Notes under the pieces: model-generated
The model's database searches: none
Told to the model about the DNA's origin: nothing
What the model saw: the letters and a program-made list of their open reading frames with translations, nothing else
Position numbers and translations under genes: made by a program
Shown here: positions 20,648 through 30,968 of the stretch, piece after piece
How the letters are laid out: each line of letters begins with the position of its first letter
How positions within the stretch are numbered: position 1 is the first letter of the stretch
From: Oligoflexia bacterium
GTDB lineage: Bacteria > Bdellovibrionota > UBA1018 > CAIPTA01 > JAALKR01
Assembly: GCA_011087955.1 (NCBI GenBank)
Contig: JAALKR010000001.1
Location: forward strand, 38,449-102,448
Reading direction: 5' to 3'
DNA: 64,000 nt

Positions 20648-22381
20648 GTGAACCCTTGGAGCAAATTTTGTGGCCCTGTACTAGCCTTATGCTTTTTAAA
20701 TGCATGTGCTACTAGTCCGTCTGGACTAAGAGATAAAGCACGGGACCATTTCCTACGTGGGGAGTTTCAAGCCGCTGAAACGGAGACTCTAAACCCCGCA
20801 ATCATTAAAGAATCCAAGAGCCACCTCCTTACCCTACTAGAGCTTGGTGCGATTGCTCACTACAGCGGTTCTCTAGAAAAATCGAACGAATATTTTTTCC
20901 GCGCTAAACGACTAGCACGGCGTTTATATACAAAATCGATTCGAGAACAAGTTGCGACAGGTTTGATTAATGACAATGCCGCATCTTATGTCGGAATGGA
21001 TTATGAGATTTCAATGATGCATTATTATATTGCATTAAATTTTCTATTTCTCTCGCAAACCGAGACCATCCCTGCCTGGTCCATGAGAGAGGTGAAAGAT
21101 GGCGATAATATTATTTTCCCGGCCAAGACCATTGCAGCCCGCACACTAAATCGCCAAACTCAAGTTGATTTTCTTGGCAAGGCGCGATCTGAGCTTTTAG
21201 ATTGGAATGCGTTCCTGCAAACCGTTCGAAATAGTAATCGTGGCAAACCGTATTTCAAAGATGACCTTCTCAATAAAGTTGTCGCGGCCTATATCCATCG
21301 CATAATTGGCAGTTCCCGTGATAAAAATATCGCAAGTGTGCTCTATAAGGATGCGGAAAATATTCTCATAAAAGCTTATAGTGCCTACCCTTCTTTCAAT
21401 CAAAAAAGCGCCAATTACATCGATAACTACAAGCGATTTTCCAGCCTTGGAATGCAAGCTGTTCGCGATCGATTTATTACAAAAACCGCACATTATGAGC
21501 ACACAATAGCTCTCATTAAAAATAGCCACAAGAAACTGCGCTCCTCAAAACGATCGATCCATTATATTCTTGAGTTCGGCGCTATTTCGCCGCGAAAAGA
21601 AAAGCGCTTTGTCATCGGGCTCAGTACCCTATTCAAAAATATTAAGGAACCGAAACTCCGACAAGCTGTGGAAGAATTATCCACTCATACTATCCTCTAC
21701 CTGGCTCCAGAATTTGGTCTGACCGTCGTCGCTGCAGCGGTTGTTGGTTCAGCAGTTGACTCTGCTGGCTCTAGAAAAGGCCAAGCACAACCATATTTAA
21801 CCGATACTGTAGATTCTGTAATTGGCTTTGAGTTTTACCTTCCAGAGATCCCAAAAGACCCAATCAAATACCAATTTGAATTACGCTTCACCAATGCAGC
21901 AACTAATGCGAACACAGTGGTTCCAGTTGGCCTTCTCATGCCACTAAACGATATCGCTAGATTTAATGTCGAGCGCCGTGCAACCGCCGTTGCATTTAAA
22001 ACTGGCCTCCGCGTTGGTCTAAAATATCTTGCGGCACTTGTTCCTGCAATCTACACCTACAACAAGGTTGATGGAGGCAAATTCATTAAAATGCTAGTGG
22101 CTTCAGCCATATGGGCTACAGGTAAGAAAATCGTCGACTCCTCGGAATCAGCAGATATCCGCTCCTGGAACTTGCTGCCAAAGTGGATCGGTGGAATCGA
22201 AGTACAATTGGAACCAGGTAACTATACTGTGACGGCAATTGCCATCGACGATGGAAATCGTAAAGAAACTCCCCTAGGTTCCATAGTCGTGGACGAAAAG
22301 CCTAACCGAAAAATATTCAAAGGGCGTATTCTTTCTGAGGATAATCTTGAAAGCTTGTCCACAATGCATATCATTGAGTAG
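20648..22381 (+). CDS. hypothetical lipoprotein
   Basis: GTG start, lipobox FLNAC, 577 aa, no recognised domain. Confidence 0.5.
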   Translation: MNPWSKFCGPVLALCFLNACATSPSGLRDKARDHFLRGEFQAAETETLNPAIIKESKSHLLTLLELGAIAHYSGSLEKSNEYFFRAKRLARRLYTKSIREQVATGLINDNAASYVGMDYEISMMHYYIALNFLFLSQTETIPAWSMREVKDGDNIIFPAKTIAARTLNRQTQVDFLGKARSELLDWNAFLQTVRNSNRGKPYFKDDLLNKVVAAYIHRIIGSSRDKNIASVLYKDAENILIKAYSAYPSFNQKSANYIDNYKRFSSLGMQAVRDRFITKTAHYEHTIALIKNSHKKLRSSKRSIHYILEFGAISPRKEKRFVIGLSTLFKNIKEPKLRQAVEELSTHTILYLAPEFGLTVVAAAVVGSAVDSAGSRKGQAQPYLTDTVDSVIGFEFYLPEIPKDPIKYQFELRFTNAATNANTVVPVGLLMPLNDIARFNVERRATAVAFKTGLRVGLKYLAALVPAIYTYNKVDGGKFIKMLVASAIWATGKKIVDSSESADIRSWNLLPKWIGGIEVQLEPGNYTVTAIAIDDGNRKETPLGSIVVDEKPNRKIFKGRILSEDNLESLSTMHIIE

Positions 22382-22412
22382 GACCATAGATCGAGTCAGG
22401 AAAAAACATTGA

Positions 22413-24410
22413 ATGTTTTTATCAAATCGTAATCAACTAAATAGAAACCTGGTATCAACCTTTCCTCGTGTTTTTTCATCGATACTCTTACTGCTCATGA
22501 TTTGGAGTTTTTGGTCAGGCGGGTTAGATCCAGACGTACTATTCCCTATTTATGGATATATACCGGTTATTGCAGCAGTTCTTACCATCTTAGTTTTTTC
22601 CGAAGCGGCTGGCTCTATTTTGCTCACTCGCTTTAAAGAGCACTCTTTAGACCTACGAATACTGACTGGAGCTTTATTCTTTTCTAGCTTCACCACCGTA
22701 TTGGGACTCGTTGGATTCATTGGCTCTACCTCAGTGTGGTTATTTTATGTCGTTGCCATCTTTCTTGCGTTCCTTGCAGACTGGCTCTGTCCATCTCTAA
22801 TGTCAAAGCCAAGCCAGGGCTTGTTAAAAGAATTTAATTGGAACCAAATAGCTTTGGCACTTCTTTTGGTAGTTTTCGGTTTTTTTATTCTCTTCCCAAC
22901 CCGTCACCCTGATCCTTTGTACTATCACATGCGTGCACCGTTGCTCTGGTATCTAAGCGGAAAGGTTTATTTTGACCCAAGCAACCCTCTCTTATTTTTA
23001 GCTGGACTCTGGGAGTCTTTTTATTTGTTTGCAATGCACATCCTTCCAGCAAAAAGAGGAATGGGTTTAATCGAACACCAGTTGTTATTTCAAATTCTTC
23101 ACTTTTGTGCCGGAGGAATAGTCACTATTTCCTTATTGCAGAAATTTTCTGAGCGAATCTTTAGCATACATCGAGGCTATTATCTATGGTGCGTAGTATT
23201 GTTACTTTGCTGCCTTCCATTCAATGAAACAATTTCCTTAGCAAAGAACGATTGGGGTGTAATGGCGTTTTCTTTAGCGTGCTTCTTGTTTCTGCATAGC
23301 TACTTGAATAATCAAAAACGATTTTATCTATTTTTTGCTGGTGCTTTTGCTGGTGCAATCTTAGCTTCGAAGCTATCTCACTTTGTAATTACTTTTCTAT
23401 TTTCCCTTGCTCTCATTGTAGTTCATCAAAAAAAGCTAGAGCGCTCATTTTTTATTCCAATTTCTCTCTTGATCCTCGGTGGACTGACCGGACTAGCTCC
23501 TATCGTCGCACGAAATCTAATCCATGTGGGGACACCTTTATTTCCTTTTGGGGACTACAAGCTCCTTTCCCCGACAGACCAGTTACTTTTTACTTCATTT
23601 ATTTCAAGCCCTGGCAAGTTAACACTAAGTGAATATGGGCACTTTGCTCTAGATCTGCTATTTCTGTTGCCATCTTTGCCGCTATTATTTTTGCACTTAA
23701 ATCCCAACAGAAAAAAAGAGTTCATTCTAGTTTTACCACTGCTAGTGAGTTTTCTTTATTTTTGGCAGTTCCATACACCGGTCCTGAATTGGCGATTGCT
23801 AGGTGTATTTTTTCCGATTGCAATTTTTTTCGTAGCAATTTCTCTACGGCAGTATTTAGATCCTCTTCATCGATTATTGCCATTTATGGCATTTGGCATT
23901 CTATCCATCGTTACCTTTTTTAGTTCCAATTCCTATTCCACTTATCTTAACAAAATTTGGCAACTCGATAATCCATCGTTAATGATCCGGGAACATTTCG
24001 CCGGAGACGCCATGGCTTGGTTCCGAATGAGGGAAGAAGAGCCTCGATCTATTTATTTCGGTGGGAACGTCTATTTGTACTACCTATATGATATGGATGT
24101 AAAGACAGTCGAATCCGACTATGTCGTGGACAATATAATGCACTCTCTCGAGTTAGGAGAAGAGAGGATTCGTGCATTGGCAGACATGAGGGCTAAATTT
24201 TTTGTAGAAACCCGCCTCGGCTCAGGACATATGCGAAGTACAGCCCGCTTACTCAATCCGATCATTAATCGCTGCCAAGAGTGCGTGCTATTCACCGGAA
24301 AACGAAGTCGAATTGCAAGTATTCCCAATCTTCTTTCCTTTATTTCTCAAAAAAACTACAAGCCCGAGCCTAAAGTGAAGTTGAGACACGTCATCTTTAA
24401 ACAGAAATAG
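22413..24410 (+). CDS. polytopic integral membrane protein (possible GT-C-like glycosyltransferase/polymerase; uncharacterised)
   Basis: 665 aa with >12 predicted TM helices and hydrophilic C-terminal domain. Confidence 0.5.
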   Translation: MFLSNRNQLNRNLVSTFPRVFSSILLLLMIWSFWSGGLDPDVLFPIYGYIPVIAAVLTILVFSEAAGSILLTRFKEHSLDLRILTGALFFSSFTTVLGLVGFIGSTSVWLFYVVAIFLAFLADWLCPSLMSKPSQGLLKEFNWNQIALALLLVVFGFFILFPTRHPDPLYYHMRAPLLWYLSGKVYFDPSNPLLFLAGLWESFYLFAMHILPAKRGMGLIEHQLLFQILHFCAGGIVTISLLQKFSERIFSIHRGYYLWCVVLLLCCLPFNETISLAKNDWGVMAFSLACFLFLHSYLNNQKRFYLFFAGAFAGAILASKLSHFVITFLFSLALIVVHQKKLERSFFIPISLLILGGLTGLAPIVARNLIHVGTPLFPFGDYKLLSPTDQLLFTSFISSPGKLTLSEYGHFALDLLFLLPSLPLLFLHLNPNRKKEFILVLPLLVSFLYFWQFHTPVLNWRLLGVFFPIAIFFVAISLRQYLDPLHRLLPFMAFGILSIVTFFSSNSYSTYLNKIWQLDNPSLMIREHFAGDAMAWFRMREEEPRSIYFGGNVYLYYLYDMDVKTVESDYVVDNIMHSLELGEERIRALADMRAKFFVETRLGSGHMRSTARLLNPIINRCQECVLFTGKRSRIASIPNLLSFISQKNYKPEPKVKLRHVIFKQK

Positions 24411-24466
24411 CCTCCTCTACAAAAAATGATATAGACAAAGAATCGAGAAGTTGGCACATTCTAAAC

Positions 24467-24946
24467 ATGTCTACAGAAAACAAAGCGTCCTTAATCCTAA
24501 CCGTACAGCTTGTTCTAATTTTCTTTATATTATCAGGGCCATATTTTGAGCACAGGTTTTACGATGTTTCTCTACAGCCTTTTACTTGGTATAAATCACT
24601 AGGCTTAATTTTAGTCTCTCTTGGAACCACACTTTTTCTCGCTTCCATCTCAGCTATGGGAAAGAATTTTGAAGTCAGAGCCAAACAGCGCAATAAATCA
24701 ACACTGGTTCGTCGCTGGCCATTCTCGATAGTACGAAACCCTGTCTACTTGTTCGGGACCATTATGAGCTTTGGTTGGTCTATTTCGTTCTATTCCTATA
24801 TTTCCTTTGTCACGACTACTCTGATGCTCTTAACGCTCATATCTAAAATTAAATTGGAAGAATACTTTTTGATTGAGAAATTCGGAGATGAGTACCAAAA
24901 GTACATGCAAGAAGTTCCTCGTCTGTTTCCAAGTAAAATATGGTGA
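24467..24946 (+). CDS. isoprenylcysteine carboxyl methyltransferase (ICMT/PEMT) family membrane methyltransferase
   Basis: 4 TM helices; C-terminal EEYFLIEKFGDEYQKYMQEVPRLFP matches ICMT-family SAM-binding motif. Confidence 0.6.
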   Translation: MSTENKASLILTVQLVLIFFILSGPYFEHRFYDVSLQPFTWYKSLGLILVSLGTTLFLASISAMGKNFEVRAKQRNKSTLVRRWPFSIVRNPVYLFGTIMSFGWSISFYSYISFVTTTLMLLTLISKIKLEEYFLIEKFGDEYQKYMQEVPRLFPSKIW

Positions 24947-24950
24947 ACTT

Positions 24951-25883
24951 CTATATCTCAAGAAATAATTCAAGAATTTCGTTTGCTGTCTCAGGTTGAG
25001 CCTTCGGTTGGTTTTTAGATTGAGCTCTCATCTTGAGGCCCGCCCACTTTAAATACTCAGTAAAAACCCTTTTTCTCGTGCTGTCTTCCGCTAAATCCTT
25101 TGCTAACAAGGCAAAGCTACCTCGAGATTTGCTTAATTTTTGCCCTTTTTCATCACTAAGCAAAGAGTGTTGGAGAAACCTAGCCTTTCCGAATTGTTCC
25201 AAATTTAGCCTTTTGGCTAAGTCTAACTGGGTTGCTGTGGATTCCAACAAGTCTTCGCCGCGAATCACAAGGTCTATTTGATTTCGAGTATCTTCTAACA
25301 AGGAAACTAAGTGATACGCTGGAATCTGATCGCGCCGACGGACGATATAATCACCGCATATCTCTCTAAGGTCGTATTCTCGCTCTCCGAGTAAAAAATC
25401 GCTCACAATTATTTTTGAATTCTCCTCAATAAGCATTCGCCAAGAAACATCAGAGTCTGTTAATGGAATGCCTTTATCTCTGCAAGTTCCTGAGTATGCA
25501 TTGCCCTCAAATTTACCCAACTGCTTCCGACTGCACTCGCAGGCAAAAACCTTCTCTTCCGGTCCAAGCTTTCGTTGCAATTCATTGAGATAATAGGTGA
25601 AATGGTTTGGTTGCGAATAATTCGATTTATGTTCCGAAAGAGAGCTTGGGCCAAAGTCCCAATCAATCCCTAGGGCTTGAAGCTGTTCGATTATGCCTTC
25701 AATGAACTCGTCTTTGCAGCGATCCACATCTAAGTCATCAATGCGTAATAGAATTGAGCCTGAGTGTGCACGGGCAATGACCCAAGTATGCAAGGCAGAT
25801 AGTAGGTTTCCCAAATGGAGAAAGCCGCTAGCTGAAGGGGCTATCCTTGTTCGACAGCCTTTCCAAGACTCTTGATATTCCAG
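24951..25883 (-). CDS. gluQ: glutamyl-Q tRNA(Asp) synthetase (truncated GluRS paralogue); start codon non-canonical (CTG at 25883?)
   Basis: RIAPSASGFLHLGNLLSALHTWVIARAHSGSILLRIDDLD aligns with GluQRS/GluRS HIGH-region; first canonical start (TTG 25814) lies inside the HIGH motif; AGGGAG SD 5 nt before CTG 25881-83. Confidence 0.65.
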   Translation of the reverse strand: MEYQESWKGCRTRIAPSASGFLHLGNLLSALHTWVIARAHSGSILLRIDDLDVDRCKDEFIEGIIEQLQALGIDWDFGPSSLSEHKSNYSQPNHFTYYLNELQRKLGPEEKVFACECSRKQLGKFEGNAYSGTCRDKGIPLTDSDVSWRMLIEENSKIIVSDFLLGEREYDLREICGDYIVRRRDQIPAYHLVSLLEDTRNQIDLVIRGEDLLESTATQLDLAKRLNLEQFGKARFLQHSLLSDEKGQKLSKSRGSFALLAKDLAEDSTRKRVFTEYLKWAGLKMRAQSKNQPKAQPETANEILELFLEI

Positions 25884-25892
25884 GCTTGCTCC

Positions 25893-27044
25893 CTAAAATT
25901 TCGCATTTTTGCTGAGATCATATAGCTTCAAGATGGTTTTCTTGCGTTTTCCTTTACGCACATAATGAACACTTACTTCATCGCCCACATTTTTGCCTTC
26001 CAGGGCATTATACAGGTCATCATAGTTTTTTACTTCCTTGTCATCAATGCCGATGATCACATCACCTAGAATGGTTTCACGATTGACTATTGTTAACCCT
26101 TTTAGGCCAGCCTTCGCCGCAGGAGTTCCTCGCAAGACTGAGCGAATGATTACGCCTTCCACACCGAAATAGGCTCGCGCCACATGGTCGGGGATTCGTT
26201 GGAAGCCTAGCCCAGGCTGCTGCACTTTACCAGTGCGAATGATTTCTGTGACAACACGATTGATCGTGTTAGCCGGAACGGCAAACCCAATTCCCGCCGA
26301 AGCTCCGGTACGGGAAAAAATCGCTGTATTCATACCAATCAAATAGCCTCGACTGTCTAATAAAGGCCCGCCGGAGTTTCCTGGGTTAATCGACGCGTCG
26401 GTTTGAATCATATCGCGAATTGTAACTCCTCCGATCGATGGGACGCTCCGGCCTAGTGCGGATATCACTCCGATGGTTAATGACAGATCTAGTCCAAATG
26501 GATTACCAATGGCTAGGGTCTTCTGCCCTACTAACAGAGTTTGTGAATCCGTAAGTCTCTTGTTAAAGGTGTTTTTGAGTTCGGGGAGCTTGCCCTTAAT
26601 TCGCAGTACCGCTATATCTTTGCGTGGTTCTGCTCCTATAACCTTCGCCTCATAGGCTTTTCCACCTTTCACCGTCACTGTAATCCTTGCGGCCCCATGT
26701 ACGACATGAAAATTTGTAACGATATGACCGTGCTCATCCCAGACAAACCCAGAGCCCGCTCCAGTCTTTATCTCTGTTTCGTCCATGGAGAAAAAATTTC
26801 GACGTTGCTGCAAGTTATCTACGTATACAACGAGCGGAGCAGTCTTTTTGAAGACCTTAATAGAATTTTTTTCTGTTTCTAATAGAGCGCTCTTTACAAC
26901 TGGGTTTGGTGGGAATTTCCCTGTTGCAGCGCGACTGATTTTAATTGGCGAAGAAAGCACGGGCACAACGGCGAGGCCTACTAGGCTTAATAGAATGAGA
27001 CAGGCTGGGGCAATAAAATAAGTTTTAACTTGAAATCGAGGCAT
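25893..27044 (-). CDS. htrA: HtrA/DegP/DegQ-family periplasmic serine protease with one PDZ domain
   Basis: trypsin-like domain (GNSGGPLLD), PDZ; ATG at 27044 with AAGGAG SD and signal peptide MPRFQVKTYFIAPACLILLSLVGLAVV; ORF's upstream extension to 27458 is not credible. Confidence 0.85.
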   Translation of the reverse strand: MPRFQVKTYFIAPACLILLSLVGLAVVPVLSSPIKISRAATGKFPPNPVVKSALLETEKNSIKVFKKTAPLVVYVDNLQQRRNFFSMDETEIKTGAGSGFVWDEHGHIVTNFHVVHGAARITVTVKGGKAYEAKVIGAEPRKDIAVLRIKGKLPELKNTFNKRLTDSQTLLVGQKTLAIGNPFGLDLSLTIGVISALGRSVPSIGGVTIRDMIQTDASINPGNSGGPLLDSRGYLIGMNTAIFSRTGASAGIGFAVPANTINRVVTEIIRTGKVQQPGLGFQRIPDHVARAYFGVEGVIIRSVLRGTPAAKAGLKGLTIVNRETILGDVIIGIDDKEVKNYDDLYNALEGKNVGDEVSVHYVRKGKRKKTILKLYDLSKNAKF

Positions 27045-27225
27045 ATACGAGGCTCCTTCAGAACTATGCAACCACGCACGGATCCAACTACGTACGGCTA
27101 TCCATGCCCGGTTATTATTAGCAAATTCTCTGCCGTTTGCAATTATCCTTGTTTTTGGACCAAATAGGGGGTTAGATGGAGAGGTTAGGTAGGGGAAAAC
27201 TTGTTGAATAAAAGGGAGTAGTTTT

Positions 27226-27939
27226 ATGCAGTTAACCAGCCGACTTTTGGGTGTGGCTTCGAGGACTAGTAATTTTTGGGTGCCATGCTTTGCAGTTATT
27301 GGTCTATTCTTTGGGGCAGCGTGTACGGATGCGGCAAAGAAAGGTAAGGGCTCTCCTGCGCCAGATAAACCGGAGGCCTCGATGAATAACTCTAGTAGCG
27401 ATATGAAAGCACCGGAAAAATTTGTTGTGGAACTTAATACAACAAAAGGAAAAATCAATATTGAAATTAACCGTAAGTCAGCTCCAAAAGGTGTCGACCG
27501 GTTTTATACCCTGGTCAAAAAAGGCTTCTTTGAAGAGATTGCCTTCTTCCGCGTGGTCTCTGGATTCGTGGCCCAGTTCGGTATTCATGGAGATCCATCA
27601 GTTTCAAAAAAATGGAAGCAAAAAAAAATTATAGACGACCCAGTTAAAGGCTCTAATAGGAAGGGTACTTTGACTTTTGCTACTGCTGGTCCAAATACTC
27701 GAACAACTCAACTCTTTTTGAACCTAAACGACAATTCTCGTTTGGACGGAATGGGATTTGCTTCCTTTGGAGAGGTCACAAAGGGAATGGACATTGTGAT
27801 GAAGCTATATAGCGGTTACGGCGAGGGTGCCCCCATGGGAAGCGGCCCCTCTCAAGGAAAAATTCAGGCGCAAGGAAATACTTACTTGAAGAAAGACTTT
27901 GCTAAGCTCGACTATATTAAGTCTGCGATCATTAAATAA
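27226..27939 (+). CDS. ppiA: cyclophilin-type peptidyl-prolyl cis-trans isomerase (lipoprotein-anchored)
   Basis: FFRVVSGFVAQFGIHGD cyclophilin motif; N-terminal lipobox LFFGAAC. Confidence 0.85.
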   Translation: MQLTSRLLGVASRTSNFWVPCFAVIGLFFGAACTDAAKKGKGSPAPDKPEASMNNSSSDMKAPEKFVVELNTTKGKINIEINRKSAPKGVDRFYTLVKKGFFEEIAFFRVVSGFVAQFGIHGDPSVSKKWKQKKIIDDPVKGSNRKGTLTFATAGPNTRTTQLFLNLNDNSRLDGMGFASFGEVTKGMDIVMKLYSGYGEGAPMGSGPSQGKIQAQGNTYLKKDFAKLDYIKSAIIK

Positions 27940-27976
27940 ATCATTAGAGCTCAGACGTGACGAACTTGAGAGAATT

Positions 27977-29386
27977 ATGAATCAAAGCACACGTGCCCAT
28001 TGGAGTGGACGGATTGCGTTTATCTTAGCTGCCGCTGGTTCCGCAATTGGTCTAGGTAATATTTGGAAATTTCCGTATATCACGGGAGAAAACGGCGGTG
28101 GTGCTTTTGTCCTGATATACTTAGCCTGTGTTGCCGTTGTTGGTTTGCCAATATTGCTCGCTGAAGTGTATATCGGTCAAAAGGCACGACGAAACGCGGT
28201 TGAGGCATTTGAACTAACGCACAAGACGGGAACCTACTGGCGGGTTCCTGGTTGGCTTGGCTTAGCTTCCGCGTTTTTGATTTTATCTTTTTACTCCGTA
28301 GTCGGTGGCTGGATTCTTGATTTTGAATTTCGTTCAATCATTAATGAATTTGGTGGTAAGAGCGCCAATGAAATCAAAGGCACGCTTACGAGCTTATTTA
28401 CAAATTGGCCACGACAATTATTTTGGCACACCGTATTCATGTCTCTTACGGTTGCTATCGTACTCGGTGGTGTAAAGGATGGTTTAGAGCGTTGGAATAA
28501 AATCCTGATGCCGGCATTGCTAGCGCTTTTAGCTCTCCTATTAGTTCGAGTTATGTTCTTGCCAGGTTTTGGTCAGGCGATGAGCTTCCTGTTTTCACCG
28601 GATACATCGAAGCTAAAAGCTGCTGGAATTTTAGAAGCCGTCGGCCACTCCTTCTTTACGTTAAGCTTAGGCATGGGCGCTTTGATCACATACGGCTCCT
28701 ACCTTAAGAAGAAAGAGAGTCTACCAAAAATCGTTATAGCAGTCGCCTTCATAGATACAGCGATTGCCCTCGTAGCTGGAATTGTAATTTTTTCGATTGT
28801 CTATTCATTCAATATGGCACCAGGTGCAGGTCCAGGGCTGATCTTGGTAACGTTACCGACACTATTCTCACAAATGGCCGGCGGCTATATTATTTCGGTT
28901 GCATTCTTTTTGCTCGTTTCTTTTGCGGCATTAACTTCTGCGGTATCGATTTTAGAAACTATGGTTGCCTACTGGACTGAGAGTCACAATGTAGACCGCA
29001 AGAAAAGTGCCCTCATTGTTGGGGTTGTGATCTACCTTTTGGGGCTACTGTCAGTTTTCTCGACAAACCTACTAAACAGCCCCCAATTCAAAATGTTTGC
29101 TGGAACTTTACTTTCAAAAAATGGCCTGACATTCTTTGACCTCTTCGACAAATTAACTAGTTCCTATTTCCTACCGATTGGTGGTCTACTGATCGCCCTA
29201 TTCTTCGGTTGGATTTTGGGTGAAAAGGCAATAAAAGAAGCAACTAAATCTGATAACAAACTACTTAACAAAGGGCTATTGTGGTCGGCGCGAATTGTTG
29301 CACCGGGCGCTGTTCTAGATGTACTACTCAATTTGGTATTTGAGTGGAGCGTGCTTAGGTGGCTTTTCGGAATGGTTTTTGGCTAA
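27977..29386 (+). CDS. sodium-dependent transporter, SNF/NSS family
   Basis: AFILAAAGSAIGLGNIWKFPYITGENGGGAFV signature of NSS family; ATG 27977. Confidence 0.85.
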   Translation: MNQSTRAHWSGRIAFILAAAGSAIGLGNIWKFPYITGENGGGAFVLIYLACVAVVGLPILLAEVYIGQKARRNAVEAFELTHKTGTYWRVPGWLGLASAFLILSFYSVVGGWILDFEFRSIINEFGGKSANEIKGTLTSLFTNWPRQLFWHTVFMSLTVAIVLGGVKDGLERWNKILMPALLALLALLLVRVMFLPGFGQAMSFLFSPDTSKLKAAGILEAVGHSFFTLSLGMGALITYGSYLKKKESLPKIVIAVAFIDTAIALVAGIVIFSIVYSFNMAPGAGPGLILVTLPTLFSQMAGGYIISVAFFLLVSFAALTSAVSILETMVAYWTESHNVDRKKSALIVGVVIYLLGLLSVFSTNLLNSPQFKMFAGTLLSKNGLTFFDLFDKLTSSYFLPIGGLLIALFFGWILGEKAIKEATKSDNKLLNKGLLWSARIVAPGAVLDVLLNLVFEWSVLRWLFGMVFG

Positions 29387-30872
29387 ACCCGACTAGGATG
29401 CCACTAGTTAGGACGCTACTAGTAACGATCAGTCCTACATAAAAATCATCTAAACCAGCCCAAATTGGAGACCAGTTTGTTTTGTCCGCCAATCGCCAAT
29501 ACGTCATGGTTGCTGCCCCCAATAACGTCGCCGGCAAGAATTGTCTGTCGCCAACTTGATTCGGGCGCCAGTAGGCAAAGAGCAACGGAAAGAGTAAGCA
29601 AGCTGCTGAATACGACCCTAGAGTCTTCCAGATGTCTCGAATATCTCCTTCGAAAGCAAAGCTCATCACAATAGCTACTGCGCCAATGAATAAGATTCCC
29701 AAACGATGGGCCCAAATAGACTCACGCCAAGCCTTTGGTCCAAGATCGTGGGTAAGAGTTGTGCTAGCAACGAACAGGTAAGAGTCCAGGGTAGACAGAA
29801 TGGTTGCCAGGAGTCCAGCGATCATAAAGCCGCGCAATCCGTTCGGTAATATTTGAACTGCATAGGTCAAATAGGCTGTACCGGATTCAGCCTCAGGAAT
29901 CGCAGCTCGTGCATACATTCCTCCAAGGGTGGTGCAAATATCAAAGCCAAACCAAACTACCGTGCTCAATAAAATACCAGTCTTTGCCGTCCGTGTAGAG
30001 TTCGCAGCAAAACAGCGCTGGTAAAAATTCGGGTCCACTAAGGTCGAAAGCGCGATAAACCCCCAAACTAATGTCGTGGCTAATGAATGCTTCCCCAAAG
30101 GCTCAAAATGAGTAGATGGTAGCTTTGCCTTCAGATAAGTCCATCCGCCAAATTCATAGAGTGAAAAGGCGAGTACAAAAAAAACTGCGAAACACATCAC
30201 AAAAAATTGAACCAAGTCGGACAAAACAACGGCGCGAAAGCCTCCAAAAAAGGAGTAACCTAGCGCCAGGCTGACACCCAATATTACGGAAAATTCTAAG
30301 CTAATTCCAAATAAGGCTTGAATCAGTAATCCGACACTAATAGCGTAGGTGATTGGGATAACATTGAAAACGTTAAAAACTGCCGATATTTTTCCTGATC
30401 GATCCCCCACCATCTTAGTCACTAAATCCGGAAGAGTGACCGCTTGGTAATTACGAATTCTATTAACCAAAAAGAGAGCAAAAATAATATAAGTCACATA
30501 CCAAAAAGCACCCTGGGTAACGAAATTATAAACTCCATCCTCAAACGCAATTTGCGTAACACCAAAAATTCCGCCGTACCAAGTGGCAACTAAAGTCCCA
30601 ATGAATAGAGGCAATGTTAAGCGTCTGCCCATCAGCATGTAATCGAGAATTCCTGCCTCTGGAGATTTATCTGATTTTGAATCACGGATATTGCCCCAGA
30701 TCACGAGACCGACGGTTACCAAAAGCACGACAGAAAAAACTAGCCAATCCACAGGACTTAAGATTGAACTTAATTCTAATTTTGACCGAAGATTCACAAC
30801 TCTCCTCCGCCGAATCAAGTGCCATTTTATAACAGGAACGAATGCATTATTCAATGAAGCCATTAAAATCAC
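29355..30872 (-). CDS. sodium:solute symporter (SSS) family transporter
   Basis: 505 aa, ~13 TM, N-terminal SPVDWLVFSVVLLVTVGLVIWG typical of SSS. Confidence 0.7.
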   Translation of the reverse strand: MILMASLNNAFVPVIKWHLIRRRRVVNLRSKLELSSILSPVDWLVFSVVLLVTVGLVIWGNIRDSKSDKSPEAGILDYMLMGRRLTLPLFIGTLVATWYGGIFGVTQIAFEDGVYNFVTQGAFWYVTYIIFALFLVNRIRNYQAVTLPDLVTKMVGDRSGKISAVFNVFNVIPITYAISVGLLIQALFGISLEFSVILGVSLALGYSFFGGFRAVVLSDLVQFFVMCFAVFFVLAFSLYEFGGWTYLKAKLPSTHFEPLGKHSLATTLVWGFIALSTLVDPNFYQRCFAANSTRTAKTGILLSTVVWFGFDICTTLGGMYARAAIPEAESGTAYLTYAVQILPNGLRGFMIAGLLATILSTLDSYLFVASTTLTHDLGPKAWRESIWAHRLGILFIGAVAIVMSFAFEGDIRDIWKTLGSYSAACLLFPLLFAYWRPNQVGDRQFLPATLLGAATMTYWRLADKTNWSPIWAGLDDFYVGLIVTSSVLTSGILVGFSQKPFRKAT

Positions 30873-30968
30873 TGTATAGCTCTGGTGAAACTAATTTTGA
30901 CTGGAAAAACATCAATAAATTCAGTAGAACTCAGTTGGCTGAACTTCAACTTTTCTGAGGGAGGCAAC

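Noticed and set aside
24425-24466. TTGGCACATTCTAAACA resembling a -24 sigma-54 element before the ICMT gene
   Set aside because: No TTGC -12 element at the correct spacing.
26473-27458. Long N-terminal extension of the htrA ORF (to 27458) and small plus-strand ORFs inside it
   Set aside because: An internal ATG at 27044 with an AAGGAG SD yields a canonical signal peptide, and the upstream 138 codons have no protease-like features. The region is a divergent promoter shared with the cyclophilin gene.
29355-29386. 32-bp convergent overlap of SNF and SSS transporter genes as possible mis-annotation
   Set aside because: Both C-termini look native. Convergent 3' overlaps of this size are common.
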